A stretch of DNA of 64,000 bases from Candidatus Izemoplasmatales bacterium (GTDB taxonomy: Bacteria; Bacillota_I; Bacilli_A; Izemoplasmatales; Hujiaoplasmataceae), in contig JBFXGX010000007.1 in assembly GCA_050177605.1 (NCBI GenBank), positions 1-64,000 on the forward strand, given 5' to 3'. Made by a program: the position numbers and the translations under genes. Positions 9,851 to 19,372 of this stretch are shown one piece after another (position 1 is the first letter of the stretch; each line of letters starts with the position of its first letter). The notes beneath the pieces were generated by a model that worked only from the letters and a program-made list of their open reading frames with translations, was not told the DNA's origin and ran no database searches.

Positions 9851-11791
9851 ATGAAACAAGAATTACAATTTAAAACAGAATCAAAAAGATTACTTGATCT
9901 AATGATTCATTCGATTTACACCAACAAAGAAATCTTCTTAAGAGAGTTAATTTCAAATGCTTCGGATGCGATTGATAAGTATCATTTACTCAGTTTAACA
10001 AACGATGAACTTGAAAAGACAAATGATTATGAAATACATATCGAAGTAGACAAGAAGCATCGTAAAATTACGATTTCCGATAATGGAATTGGTATGACTT
10101 ATGATGAACTTATGGATAACCTAGGTACGATTGCGAAAAGTGGTACCCTAGAGTTTTTACAAAAAGCAAAAGAAAAAGAAATGAAAGATGCTGATTTGAT
10201 TGGTCAATTCGGTGTCGGCTTCTACAGCGCTTTTATGGTTAGTAAAAAAGTTACCGTATTAACTAAATCGCCATTCTCTGATAAAGCGTATTTATGGACA
10301 TCCACTGGAGAAGAATCTTATACCATTGATGAGGCTGAGAAAGAGTCCAGAGGTACTGAAATTACCTTGACACTTCGCAAAAACGAAGAAGATGATGATT
10401 TTGATACCTACTTAGAAGAGTATAAGATTAAATCACTCGTTAAAAAATATTCTGATTACGTCAAATATCCAATCACCATGGAAGAAGAAAAAGAACTTCC
10501 TAAATTAGACAAAGATGGCAATGAAATTGAAGGTGAGACTCGTACTGTTGTTGAAAATACAGTAATTAACTCTCGTACACCAATTTGGAATAAGTCGAAA
10601 GCGTCTGTGACTGATGAAGAGCTAAATGAGTTTTATAAATCAACATATTATGACTATGACAATCCATTATTCACCATTTGGAATAATATTGAAGGGACAT
10701 TAACCTATAAATCGCTTATTTTTATTCCTGAAAAAGCCCCTTATAACCTCTATTCTGAAAAATATGAAAAGGGTCTTCAACTCTATGCAAAAGATGTCTT
10801 TGTGATGGATAAATGTAAGGAATTAGTCCCAGATTATTTGAGATTTATCAAAGGTGTCGTTGTTAGTCAGGACTTATCCTTAAATATATCACGTGAAATT
10901 TTACAAAAAAATCGTCAACTCACTAAAATTGCTTCAAATGTTGAAAAGAAAGTATTAAGTGAGTTAGAAAAAACACTGAAAAACGAGCGCGAAAAATACG
11001 AAAAATTCTTTAAAGAATTTGGCGTGAACTTAAAATATGGCGTGTATGACAACTTTGGCGAAAAGAAGGAATTACTTCAAGATTTATTGTTGTTCAAAAC
11101 CGTCAATGAAGAAAATTATGTATCTCTCAAAGAATACACAGAAAAAATGCCAAAGGATCAAGATGCGATTTATTATGGAAGTGCGTCTTCGAAAGATGCC
11201 ATCAAAGTATCTCCACAAATGGATTTGCTAAAGACCAAAGGTTATGATGTTTTAGTTCTCAGCGATGATATCGATGAATTCATGATTAGTATTCTATCCG
11301 AATATGATAAAAAGCCATTCAAATCCATTAATCAAGGTGATCTCAATATCCTTGATGAAAAGGAAAAAGAAACGATTAAAGAACTTGAAGATGCAAATAA
11401 AGACTTATTAACGACGCTAAAAGATATTCTTAAGAACGAAGTATCGGATGTTAAACTATCCACTCGTTTAACTGATTCTCCTGTTTGTTTGGTTAGTGGC
11501 GAAGGGTTATCTTTTGAAATGGAAAAGGTCATGTCACAATTGCCTGGAGATCAAAAAGCAAAAGCGGAAAAAATCCTCGAAATTAATCCAAAACACGAAT
11601 TATTTAAGGCCATTGAAAATGTCTTTATGGATTCCAAAGAAGAACTTGAAAATTATGCAACGGTGCTTTATAATCAAGCTCTACTCATTGAAGGATTACC
11701 TGTGAAAGACCCAGTTGGGTTCTCAAACAAAATGGTTGATTTAATGATTAAAGCTTCAAAAAAGTCCTCAAATCCTGAACAAGCTTCATAA
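9851..11791 (+). CDS. htpG: Chaperone HtpG (Hsp90)
   Basis: YTNKEIFLRELISNASDA, NLGTIAKSGT, IGQFGVGFYS and LNISRE motifs. Confidence 0.97.
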   Translation: MKQELQFKTESKRLLDLMIHSIYTNKEIFLRELISNASDAIDKYHLLSLTNDELEKTNDYEIHIEVDKKHRKITISDNGIGMTYDELMDNLGTIAKSGTLEFLQKAKEKEMKDADLIGQFGVGFYSAFMVSKKVTVLTKSPFSDKAYLWTSTGEESYTIDEAEKESRGTEITLTLRKNEEDDDFDTYLEEYKIKSLVKKYSDYVKYPITMEEEKELPKLDKDGNEIEGETRTVVENTVINSRTPIWNKSKASVTDEELNEFYKSTYYDYDNPLFTIWNNIEGTLTYKSLIFIPEKAPYNLYSEKYEKGLQLYAKDVFVMDKCKELVPDYLRFIKGVVVSQDLSLNISREILQKNRQLTKIASNVEKKVLSELEKTLKNEREKYEKFFKEFGVNLKYGVYDNFGEKKELLQDLLLFKTVNEENYVSLKEYTEKMPKDQDAIYYGSASSKDAIKVSPQMDLLKTKGYDVLVLSDDIDEFMISILSEYDKKPFKSINQGDLNILDEKEKETIKELEDANKDLLTTLKDILKNEVSDVKLSTRLTDSPVCLVSGEGLSFEMEKVMSQLPGDQKAKAEKILEINPKHELFKAIENVFMDSKEELENYATVLYNQALLIEGLPVKDPVGFSNKMVDLMIKASKKSSNPEQAS

Positions 11792-11796
11792 CATAC

Positions 11797-11827
11797 AAAA
11801 AGGTGTAGAAATTCTACACCTTTTTTT
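11797..11827. terminator. Bidirectional terminator between htpG and recU
   Basis: AAAAAGGTGTAGAA-TTCTACACCTTTTTTT. Confidence 0.8.
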
Positions 11828-12398
11828 CATCAAAATAAACTTTTTTAACTACATCTAAATAATCTAGACGTTTCACATAACCTTCTTTAACAATATGCCC
11901 ATATTTCTCAAATTCTTCAAGCGTAATCGATTTTCTTCCAGTATCTTTGCGATCATAGAATAAAGAAACATAGGATTCATCGAGTAAATAGGTCATCCCA
12001 AGCATTGAGAAGTGGACAATAATAAATCCGATTCCTCCTGCAGAGACGATATTTTTTAGATGCAGCACTTGATGAAGATGGATGTTTTTTAAAGGGAAAG
12101 AAGTCTTATTTTTTGTTTCTTTCGCTTCAAAATCGATATATTTGCCGTTATAAACCCCATTATAATCCGTAGTAGAAGGAACCTTATAGTAAGCTTCACT
12201 AATTTTCGCTGCACTTCGTCTTTCATAATCTACTTTTACGACTTGAATTGGAATCGGTTTTTTATAGATGTATGCGATATGGTTGGAAATATAATATTCA
12301 TTTGTTTGATTGATGGCATCTTCTAAATCCATTCCTCTGTTGGAAGCTGAATGGATGGAAACTTGAACCTGACTTTTTTTAATTGGATAAGAAATCAT
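11814..12398 (-). CDS. recU: Holliday junction resolvase RecU
   Basis: NRGMDLE, KKPIPIQ, STTDYNGVY, DFEAKET and HQ..HL motifs. Confidence 0.95.
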   Translation of the reverse strand: MISYPIKKSQVQVSIHSASNRGMDLEDAINQTNEYYISNHIAYIYKKPIPIQVVKVDYERRSAAKISEAYYKVPSTTDYNGVYNGKYIDFEAKETKNKTSFPLKNIHLHQVLHLKNIVSAGGIGFIIVHFSMLGMTYLLDESYVSLFYDRKDTGRKSITLEEFEKYGHIVKEGYVKRLDYLDVVKKVYFDEKKV

Positions 12399-12582
12399 GT
12401 GTATCACCTTCAAATATTGTATCACAAAAAAATGGAAAAAGGAGTAGAAGTCCTTGAAAAAACTTGTGTTCGATAGAGCGAACTGTAAATTCTTGCATTA
12501 AATCTTGTAAAGTATTTTCAAAATTCGAATGTTTACGTTATAATAGTAACGATGAATAGAACTATTTATGAAAGGAGTATCT

Positions 12583-14277
12583 ATGAGCCAAATTAAATTT
12601 TTTGCTTTAGGCGGACTTGGCGAAAATGGAAAAAACCTTTATTGTATTGATATCAACAAGCGATTATTAATCCTTGATGCAGGACTCAAACATCCTTCTG
12701 GTGATTTACTAGGCGTGGATGCGATTGTCCCTGATTTATCTTACTTAGAGACAAGAAAAGACGATATCATTGGGATCTTTTTATCCCATGCACACGATAA
12801 ACATATCGGTGCTTTACCGCTCTTGCTTTCCTTAATCCCGACCAAAGTCTATGCGACAAACTTCACGATGGCTGTCGTGAAGGATTTATTACTTGAAAAC
12901 AAACTTGACCCTGAAGTCTTTGACTTGCGAGTCGTAAAATACAGCCAACCATTAAAGTTTGATAATTTTAACATTACCTTCTTTCCAACAACCCATTCTG
13001 TGCCAGAATCTGCAGGAATCTCGATTAATACCGAAGATGGTTCGATTGTTTATGTGACAGATTTCACTTTTGATCAAAATGTGGGGATGTTTTACAAAAC
13101 GAATTTCCATCAGTTATCAAAAATACAAGAAAATGGTGTTTTAGCTTTATTAGCGGAGTCCGGAGGTGCCTTAACCATCGGTCATTCTACAAGTGATTTC
13201 AAGTTAACTCACCTTATCAGAACGACTTTTCAAAAGGCAACTGGAAGAATCATTGTGGCAATGTATTCGACAGAACTCTCAAACATTCAAAAAGTTATTA
13301 ATGAAGCTTTGAAACTAGGAAAAAAGATTTCGATTATTGGTCGAAAAGCACAAAGAATGGTCGATATCGGTGAAACACTCGGATATATCCAAATTCCTGA
13401 AGATAAACTGGTTAATCTTAAATTCATTGACGATGAGAATCGGAATGAGTTTAATGATACCGTCTTCCTCGTTACCGGTGAAAGACATGAGCCTTTCTTT
13501 ATGTTACAAAGAATGGCCAAAGGATATGACCGTTTAATTCAGTTAATCCCTACAGATACAGTGTTTTTACTTTGCCCACCCATTATCGGTACAGAAAAAA
13601 TCGCTGCTAAAACCTATGATGCGCTTTATCGACTTGGATTACATCTGATAAAGGTTGATAAGAAGATTATCTCGCCATTCCATGCGGCGAGTGAAGATTT
13701 AAAGTTGATGTATGGGTTATTATTACCAAGATACATTATTCCTGTAAGTGGAGAGTATCGTCTTCAACTGGCGCATCAAAATATTGCGATGGAATACGGA
13801 TATAATGAGGACCATGCAGTCGTGCTAGATAATGGTGAAGTGATTACCTTTAACGAAGGCGAACTTGAATTAAAACACGACACAGTGATGAATGGTTCTG
13901 TGATGGTCGATGGGAATTTTGAAAGTGATGTAAATGATGTTGTGTTAAAAGAACGTGAATTACTTTCACAAGATGGATTCTTACTGATTATTGCCAATAT
14001 TGATGCTAGAGAAAGAATCATGTTAAACAAACCTGAAGTTGTTTCAAGAGGATTTATGTACATGAAAGATAATGAAGAAGTGATTAAGCAAATTGAAACT
14101 ATCTATGAAGATATCACTTTAAAACAATTTGATCAACGTTATATTGAATGGAAAACCTACAAGGAATCCATTCGATATGAAGTTCAAAAATATCTTTTCA
14201 AAGAAACAAAACGTAAACCGATTGTGATTCCAGTCATCATCGACACGCAAAGTGACAAACTTTGTAAAGTGATATAA
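12583..14277 (+). CDS. rnj: Ribonuclease J (J2-like, degenerate metal-binding motif)
   Basis: ALGGLGENGKN, HAHDKH, THSVP and SRGF motifs; C-terminal T.RKPIVIPVI. Confidence 0.9.
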   Translation: MSQIKFFALGGLGENGKNLYCIDINKRLLILDAGLKHPSGDLLGVDAIVPDLSYLETRKDDIIGIFLSHAHDKHIGALPLLLSLIPTKVYATNFTMAVVKDLLLENKLDPEVFDLRVVKYSQPLKFDNFNITFFPTTHSVPESAGISINTEDGSIVYVTDFTFDQNVGMFYKTNFHQLSKIQENGVLALLAESGGALTIGHSTSDFKLTHLIRTTFQKATGRIIVAMYSTELSNIQKVINEALKLGKKISIIGRKAQRMVDIGETLGYIQIPEDKLVNLKFIDDENRNEFNDTVFLVTGERHEPFFMLQRMAKGYDRLIQLIPTDTVFLLCPPIIGTEKIAAKTYDALYRLGLHLIKVDKKIISPFHAASEDLKLMYGLLLPRYIIPVSGEYRLQLAHQNIAMEYGYNEDHAVVLDNGEVITFNEGELELKHDTVMNGSVMVDGNFESDVNDVVLKERELLSQDGFLLIIANIDARERIMLNKPEVVSRGFMYMKDNEEVIKQIETIYEDITLKQFDQRYIEWKTYKESIRYEVQKYLFKETKRKPIVIPVIIDTQSDKLCKVI

Positions 14278-14281
14278 AAAT

Positions 14282-14310
14282 AAAAGGCGGATTAATCTTC
14301 CGCCTTTTTT
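14282..14310. terminator. Bidirectional terminator between rnj and rarA
   Basis: AAAAGGCGGA-loop-TCCGCCTTTTTT. Confidence 0.8.
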
Positions 14311-15530
14311 GATTTTAATATTTTTTCAATCATATTATATTGTTCCTCAAATAATTTCTCAAGCTTCGTATGATCTTGAGGATGATAATAAATTTTTCCT
14401 TTTAATTCCTTCGGTAAAAAATCTTGGGCAACGATATGATTTGGATAGTCATGGGCGTATAGGTACGCTTTCTTTTCATCGTAGGTTGGATTATTAATTA
14501 AGTGACTAGGCACTTTATAGGTTTTTCCTTGTCGAACATCATCTAGAGCTGCGTTTACCGCGAGATGTGCACTATTCGATTTCGGCGATAGACACATTTC
14601 AATCGTAAGTGCTCCCAGAGCATTTACAGCTTCAGGGAATCCGATATATCGACAAATCCACACACAAGCACTAACCTTCGTACCCATCGTGGGATTGGCT
14701 AAACCGATATCCTCATAGACAATAGCACTCATTCTTCTTAAAATGGATTCTAGGTCATCTGCGACAATTAATCTAGCTAAATAATGTAGGGCACCATTTA
14801 CATCTGAACCACGAACAGACTTATGATAAGCACTTAAAATATCATAATAATCATTCCCGTTCTTATCAACGCTTAAATTTGGCTTAGAAACGATTTTGAC
14901 AGCATCATCAATCGAAATACTTGAACCATCTTTAGATACAATATAAATGATTTCAAGCATATTTAAAGCGGTTCTAAGCTCGCCATTGGAAGACAGAGCG
15001 ATATATTCATAGATTTCATCAGTGAGGTGAATATTTTTACCAAGTGAACCAACATCGACTTTTTTTAGATAAGTTACGATATCCTCTCTTGAAGGTCTAT
15101 CCATCCGATAAATCAATACTCTTGAACGAACTGCTGGGTTCACAGATACATAAGGGTTTTCGGTGGTAAGTCCAAGTAAAATGACTTGTCCGCTTTCTAC
15201 GTAGGGTAATAAATAATCCTGAATATCTTTATTCATTCGATGAATTTCATCGACAATCAGAAGAATCGATCCGTAGTGTTTTCCACTATCAATGATTTGA
15301 CGTAACGATGCCTTTGGATCTGTCGAAGCATTAAATTTAAAGTGGTTTAAAGGAAAGTGCTCCGCAATTAGTAATGCTAAAGTCGTTTTCCCTACACCGG
15401 TTGGCCCATAAAGAATCATCGAAACGAGATGATCATTTTGAAGCATCTCCTGAATGATTTTTATGAGTGGGTCATGACCAATCACTTCATCAAAAGATGT
15501 CGGTCTTATTTTATACGCGAGTGGTTCCAA
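14292..15530 (-). CDS. rarA: Replication-associated recombination protein A (RarA/MgsA)
   Basis: PLAYKIRP, GPTGVGKTT, DEIHR, TTENP, KSVRGSD, EDIGLA and PKSN motifs; likely TTG start at 15530. Confidence 0.93.
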   Translation of the reverse strand: MEPLAYKIRPTSFDEVIGHDPLIKIIQEMLQNDHLVSMILYGPTGVGKTTLALLIAEHFPLNHFKFNASTDPKASLRQIIDSGKHYGSILLIVDEIHRMNKDIQDYLLPYVESGQVILLGLTTENPYVSVNPAVRSRVLIYRMDRPSREDIVTYLKKVDVGSLGKNIHLTDEIYEYIALSSNGELRTALNMLEIIYIVSKDGSSISIDDAVKIVSKPNLSVDKNGNDYYDILSAYHKSVRGSDVNGALHYLARLIVADDLESILRRMSAIVYEDIGLANPTMGTKVSACVWICRYIGFPEAVNALGALTIEMCLSPKSNSAHLAVNAALDDVRQGKTYKVPSHLINNPTYDEKKAYLYAHDYPNHIVAQDFLPKELKGKIYYHPQDHTKLEKLFEEQYNMIEKILKSKKAED

Positions 15531-15632
15531 TTTACTTCCCCCAATCAATATCAAATTAATTATATCATAAACTTGAGAAATGGACGAAAAAAGCATATAA
15601 TATTAATGCAAGACAATTATAATTAAAGTGAG

Positions 15633-16538
15633 ATGATTATCATGATACAAGATGAAATAAAAAAACTGAAGAAAGAAAAAAATGCAGTAATCTTAGCCCA
15701 CTATTATCAAGATAAAGAAGTACAAGATATTGCCGATTATGTTGGTGATTCCTTAGAACTTTCAAGAATAGCACAGCGCACAGATGCAAAAATGATTATT
15801 TTTTGTGGTGTCAATTTTATGGCAGAAACCGCAAAGATTCTTTCGCCTGAAAAGAAAGTTATTCTTCCAGTGAAGGAAGCAATCTGTCCCATGGCAATGA
15901 TGATTAATAAAAAGAAATTACTCGATTATAAAGAAAAGAATCCTGATCGTAAAGTCATCTGTTATGTGAATTCATACGCAGAAGTCAAAGCGTTAAGTGA
16001 TGTGTGCGTAACTTCATCCAACGCAGAAAAAATAATTATGGCTTATAAGGATGAAAAGATCCTATACATTCCAGATAAAAATCTTGGTACTTATTTACGA
16101 GATAAATATAACCTTGATATTGAAGTGTGGCCAGGGTTCTGTTGCATCCATAACAACCTTCAAAAAATCGATGTGGAAGAGATGAAAAAAGCTCACCCAA
16201 ATGCACGTCTTTTAATCCATCCTGAGTCACCATTAGAACTATTGAAAATGGCTGATTATGTTGGGTCAACAAAAGGCATTTTAGAGTATGCTACAGCGAG
16301 TCCTGATAAGGAATTTATTATCGGAACCGAAGAAGGTATTCTTCATCCATTAAAGAAGAAAAATCCTGAGAAAGAGTTTTATTTGCTTTCTAAAGGACTA
16401 CGTTGCTACGACATGAAACTAACAAAAATTGAAGATGTTCTTCATGCATTACAATATGAAACAACCGAAATCACCCTGGATGAAGAGACGCTTCTAAAAG
16501 CAAAAGTTGCACTTGATAAAATGATGGAGATGAGTTAA
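15633..16538 (+). CDS. nadA: Quinolinate synthase
   Basis: ILAHYYQ, GDSLEL, CGVNFMAE, CPMA, YVNS and HPE motifs. Confidence 0.95.
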   Translation: MIIMIQDEIKKLKKEKNAVILAHYYQDKEVQDIADYVGDSLELSRIAQRTDAKMIIFCGVNFMAETAKILSPEKKVILPVKEAICPMAMMINKKKLLDYKEKNPDRKVICYVNSYAEVKALSDVCVTSSNAEKIIMAYKDEKILYIPDKNLGTYLRDKYNLDIEVWPGFCCIHNNLQKIDVEEMKKAHPNARLLIHPESPLELLKMADYVGSTKGILEYATASPDKEFIIGTEEGILHPLKKKNPEKEFYLLSKGLRCYDMKLTKIEDVLHALQYETTEITLDEETLLKAKVALDKMMEMS

Positions 16539-18043
16539 TGGAAAGAGTTACGGATGTATTAGTCATCGGCTCAGGTCTTGCTGGACTATTTACTGCATTA
16601 AACATAGATTCATCATTTAAGGTAACCATCATTGCCAAAGAGAAATTACAAAACTCTAATTCAATGCTTGCACAAGGTGGGATTGCCGCTGAACTAAACA
16701 ACGATCCGATTTTACATGAATCACACTATGAAGATACGCTAAAAGCAGGTTCGTATTTAAACGATAAAAATGCAGTTAAATTTTTAGTGGACCATGCAAA
16801 AGATGCAATCGATACTTTAGTCGAGTTTGGTGTCCATTTTGACAAGGATGATAAAGACAATTATTTGCTTACCAAAGAAGGAGGGCATTCTCGTAATCGA
16901 ATCCTTCATAGTGGTGGTGATGCCTCTGGATATAACACAACGAAAAGCCTCACTGATTACTTGCTAGAACGTGAGAATATTGAGGTGATTGAAAACACGA
17001 TTGCCCTTGATTTATTAAAGGATAATGAAGGGTGTTGCATTGGTGCATGCGTCCTTGAAAATGATAAAGTGCATTACCCTATTTTTGCAAAATCAGTTGT
17101 CATTGCGACAGGTGGAATAGGTTCTGTTTACGGTTCAACAACCAATGATTTAAGCGCGACAGGCGATGGCATTGGAATGGCAAAAAGAGCGAATGTTGAA
17201 ATCAAAAATATGGAGTTTGTTCAATTCCATCCAACGGCTCTTTACAGTGAAGAAACCAAGTCAAGAAAACGATTTTTAATCACTGAAGCTTTACGTGGTG
17301 AAGGTGCTTATCTCGTCAATATTGAGAAGAATAGATTCATGCAAAAATATGATCCAGTTCGTCTTGAACTTGCGCCTCGCGATATCGTTAGTCAATCAAT
17401 ATATCGAGAGATGTATGATACCTGGACTGACCATGTTTATATTGACACAACGCATTTAGATCCGAAGTATTTAGAGAAGCGATTTCCAACTGTTTTCAAA
17501 CGGACAAAAGAAGAAGGATACATTATGGGGATTGACTTAATTCCTGTCGCTCCATGTGAACATTTTAGTTGCGGAGGTATCCAAACAGATTTAAATGCAA
17601 AAACATCCATGCCAAGATTATATGCCGTAGGTGAGGTTGCGAACACGGGTGTTCATGGAGCGAATCGACTTGCCTCAAATAGTCTACTTGAATGTATTGT
17701 GTTTGGAAAAGCAGCAGCGAAAGATATGAACGAATCTTTACCGACAATTGAAATAAGTCGTAATTATCAGCCAAAGGAACTACCTAGTTATCATTATAAC
17801 TATAAACCAATTCGTAAAAAAGTCGGCGACTATATGGATGAGCATGTAGGGATTGTAAGAACTCGTCAAGGGTTAGAGTTAACCGAGAAAGTTCTGAAAA
17901 CGATTCTAAAAGATTTAGTGAAATCTCCAAATCTTACTAGACAATATTATGAGACAGTTAATATTGTAATGACAGCACAAATCATTACTGAAAGTGCCTT
18001 AAAAAGAGAGGAAAGTGTTGGATGCCACTTAAGAATAGAATAA
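16538..18043 (+). CDS. nadB: L-aspartate oxidase
   Basis: GSGLAG, AQGGI, EGGHS, EFVQFHPT, EALRGEG, LAPRD and GVHGANRLASNSLLE motifs; TAATG overlap with nadA. Confidence 0.95.
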   Translation: MERVTDVLVIGSGLAGLFTALNIDSSFKVTIIAKEKLQNSNSMLAQGGIAAELNNDPILHESHYEDTLKAGSYLNDKNAVKFLVDHAKDAIDTLVEFGVHFDKDDKDNYLLTKEGGHSRNRILHSGGDASGYNTTKSLTDYLLERENIEVIENTIALDLLKDNEGCCIGACVLENDKVHYPIFAKSVVIATGGIGSVYGSTTNDLSATGDGIGMAKRANVEIKNMEFVQFHPTALYSEETKSRKRFLITEALRGEGAYLVNIEKNRFMQKYDPVRLELAPRDIVSQSIYREMYDTWTDHVYIDTTHLDPKYLEKRFPTVFKRTKEEGYIMGIDLIPVAPCEHFSCGGIQTDLNAKTSMPRLYAVGEVANTGVHGANRLASNSLLECIVFGKAAAKDMNESLPTIEISRNYQPKELPSYHYNYKPIRKKVGDYMDEHVGIVRTRQGLELTEKVLKTILKDLVKSPNLTRQYYETVNIVMTAQIITESALKREESVGCHLRIE

Positions 18044-18825
18044 TGAACAACAACTATCATACACATATGTATTTGTGCAGACACGCTGAAGGCGATGTAG
18101 TAGACTACGTAGAAGAAGCGATACGTTTAGGATTTCAAAGTTTAGGCATGAGCGACCACGCACCGTTCGAAGAATTAAAAGACCGATCTGTCAGGATGTA
18201 CCCAAGTGACTTTCCAATTTATTTAGAGAAATGCTTAAGTGCTAAAGAAAAATACAAAGAAGCGATTCAAGTATACACAGGACTTGAAATTGAATATTTT
18301 ATTGAACATAAAGAAATCTATCCTAAATTACTTTCTAGTCTAGACTATCTTGCACTTGGGCAACATTACATATTTGATCCTAAATCAAATAACAACCTGA
18401 GGAGTAGTTATGCATTAACAACAGAAGAACATATGACTACTTATGTTGATACAATTGAAGATGCACTGAAGAGTGGATACTTTAAATTTATCTGTCATCC
18501 GGATTTGTTTCTTTATAATGTAAGAGACTTTGATCATATTGCCGAAGCTCTATCAACAAGGTTAATTGATCTTGCGGTGAAATATAATACTCCACTTGAA
18601 ATCAATGCAAATGGAATTCGAAAAGGATTCGTCGATACACCGAAGGGTCCAAGATATAAATATCCGAGAGAGGAATTTTGGTTGATTGCAAAAAAGAAAA
18701 ATGCGAGAGTGATTATTTCCTCGGATGCACATAGTCCAAAAAACTTGTACGATGACATTGTAAAACAAACTTTTGAATTCGCGGATACCCTAGGTATCAT
18801 AGTAGAAGAAGCATTGACATTTTAA
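18043..18825 (+). CDS. PHP-domain phosphatase (histidinol-phosphatase HisJ family)
   Basis: NYHTH..C.HA, SDH, GLEIE, HPD, EIN and SDAH motifs; TAATG overlap with nadB. Confidence 0.85.
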   Translation: MNNNYHTHMYLCRHAEGDVVDYVEEAIRLGFQSLGMSDHAPFEELKDRSVRMYPSDFPIYLEKCLSAKEKYKEAIQVYTGLEIEYFIEHKEIYPKLLSSLDYLALGQHYIFDPKSNNNLRSSYALTTEEHMTTYVDTIEDALKSGYFKFICHPDLFLYNVRDFDHIAEALSTRLIDLAVKYNTPLEINANGIRKGFVDTPKGPRYKYPREEFWLIAKKKNARVIISSDAHSPKNLYDDIVKQTFEFADTLGIIVEEALTF

Positions 18826-18855
18826 AAGTACCGTTGAAATGACGGTACTTTTTTT
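18824..18855 (+). terminator. Terminator of the nadA-nadB-PHP operon
   Basis: AAAAGTACCGT-loop-ACGGTACTTTTTTT. Confidence 0.85.
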
Positions 18856-19126
18856 GTTTTTCGAATTTGATTTCTAATGAATTTTAACTCCTAGAAGGTA
18901 TATAAACCTTACCTATAAGTAAAAAACGACGAAATTTCAAAGATTTTGAGAAGCAAAATCAATAACAGTATTTTTAAGCAAAAAGCACAAAATTAATATA
19001 TTCATAGAAGTATTTTGAATATAATTAAGGAGATAGAAGTGCTGGAGATATACGGAATTAATTCATCAAATCATTCAATCAACCTCTTTCTGTGGATAAA
19101 AACACGCATTCTCAAATACTCAAATA

Positions 19127-19154
19127 ACTTCCTATAATATATATTATGTTAACC
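19127..19154 (+). other. dif site (XerC/XerD chromosome dimer resolution)
   Basis: ACTTCCTATAA-TATATA-TTATGTTAACC, very close to the Bacillus-type dif ACTTCCTAGAA-TATATA-TTATGTAAACT. Intergenic; gene strand bias flips here. Confidence 0.92.
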
Positions 19155-19372
19155 AATTGATAATATCTGTATCTGGCGCTCTATAGAAATATTGTTAATA
19201 ATGTTAAAAACGACATGTTTACTTGTTCTGCAAAAACGAGGTTAAAAAAATGAGGGGTTTTAAAAATGGTTTGAAATATTGTAGACAAACCATATAATAT
19301 ATTGATTTAGACTAGCGTTGTTTTGAGCTAATTATGATATAATGAAATTAGTTCGTAGAAAGGAATCAACAT

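Noticed and set aside
12468..12483. GTTCG-N6-CGAAC upstream of recU as a LexA/DinR box
   Set aside because: Arm order and spacing are wrong for CGAAC-N4-GTTCG.
19182..19209. Second dif-like site (TAATGTTAAAA resembles a XerD arm)
   Set aside because: There is no matching XerC arm at 6-bp spacing; the similarity is explicable by AT-richness.
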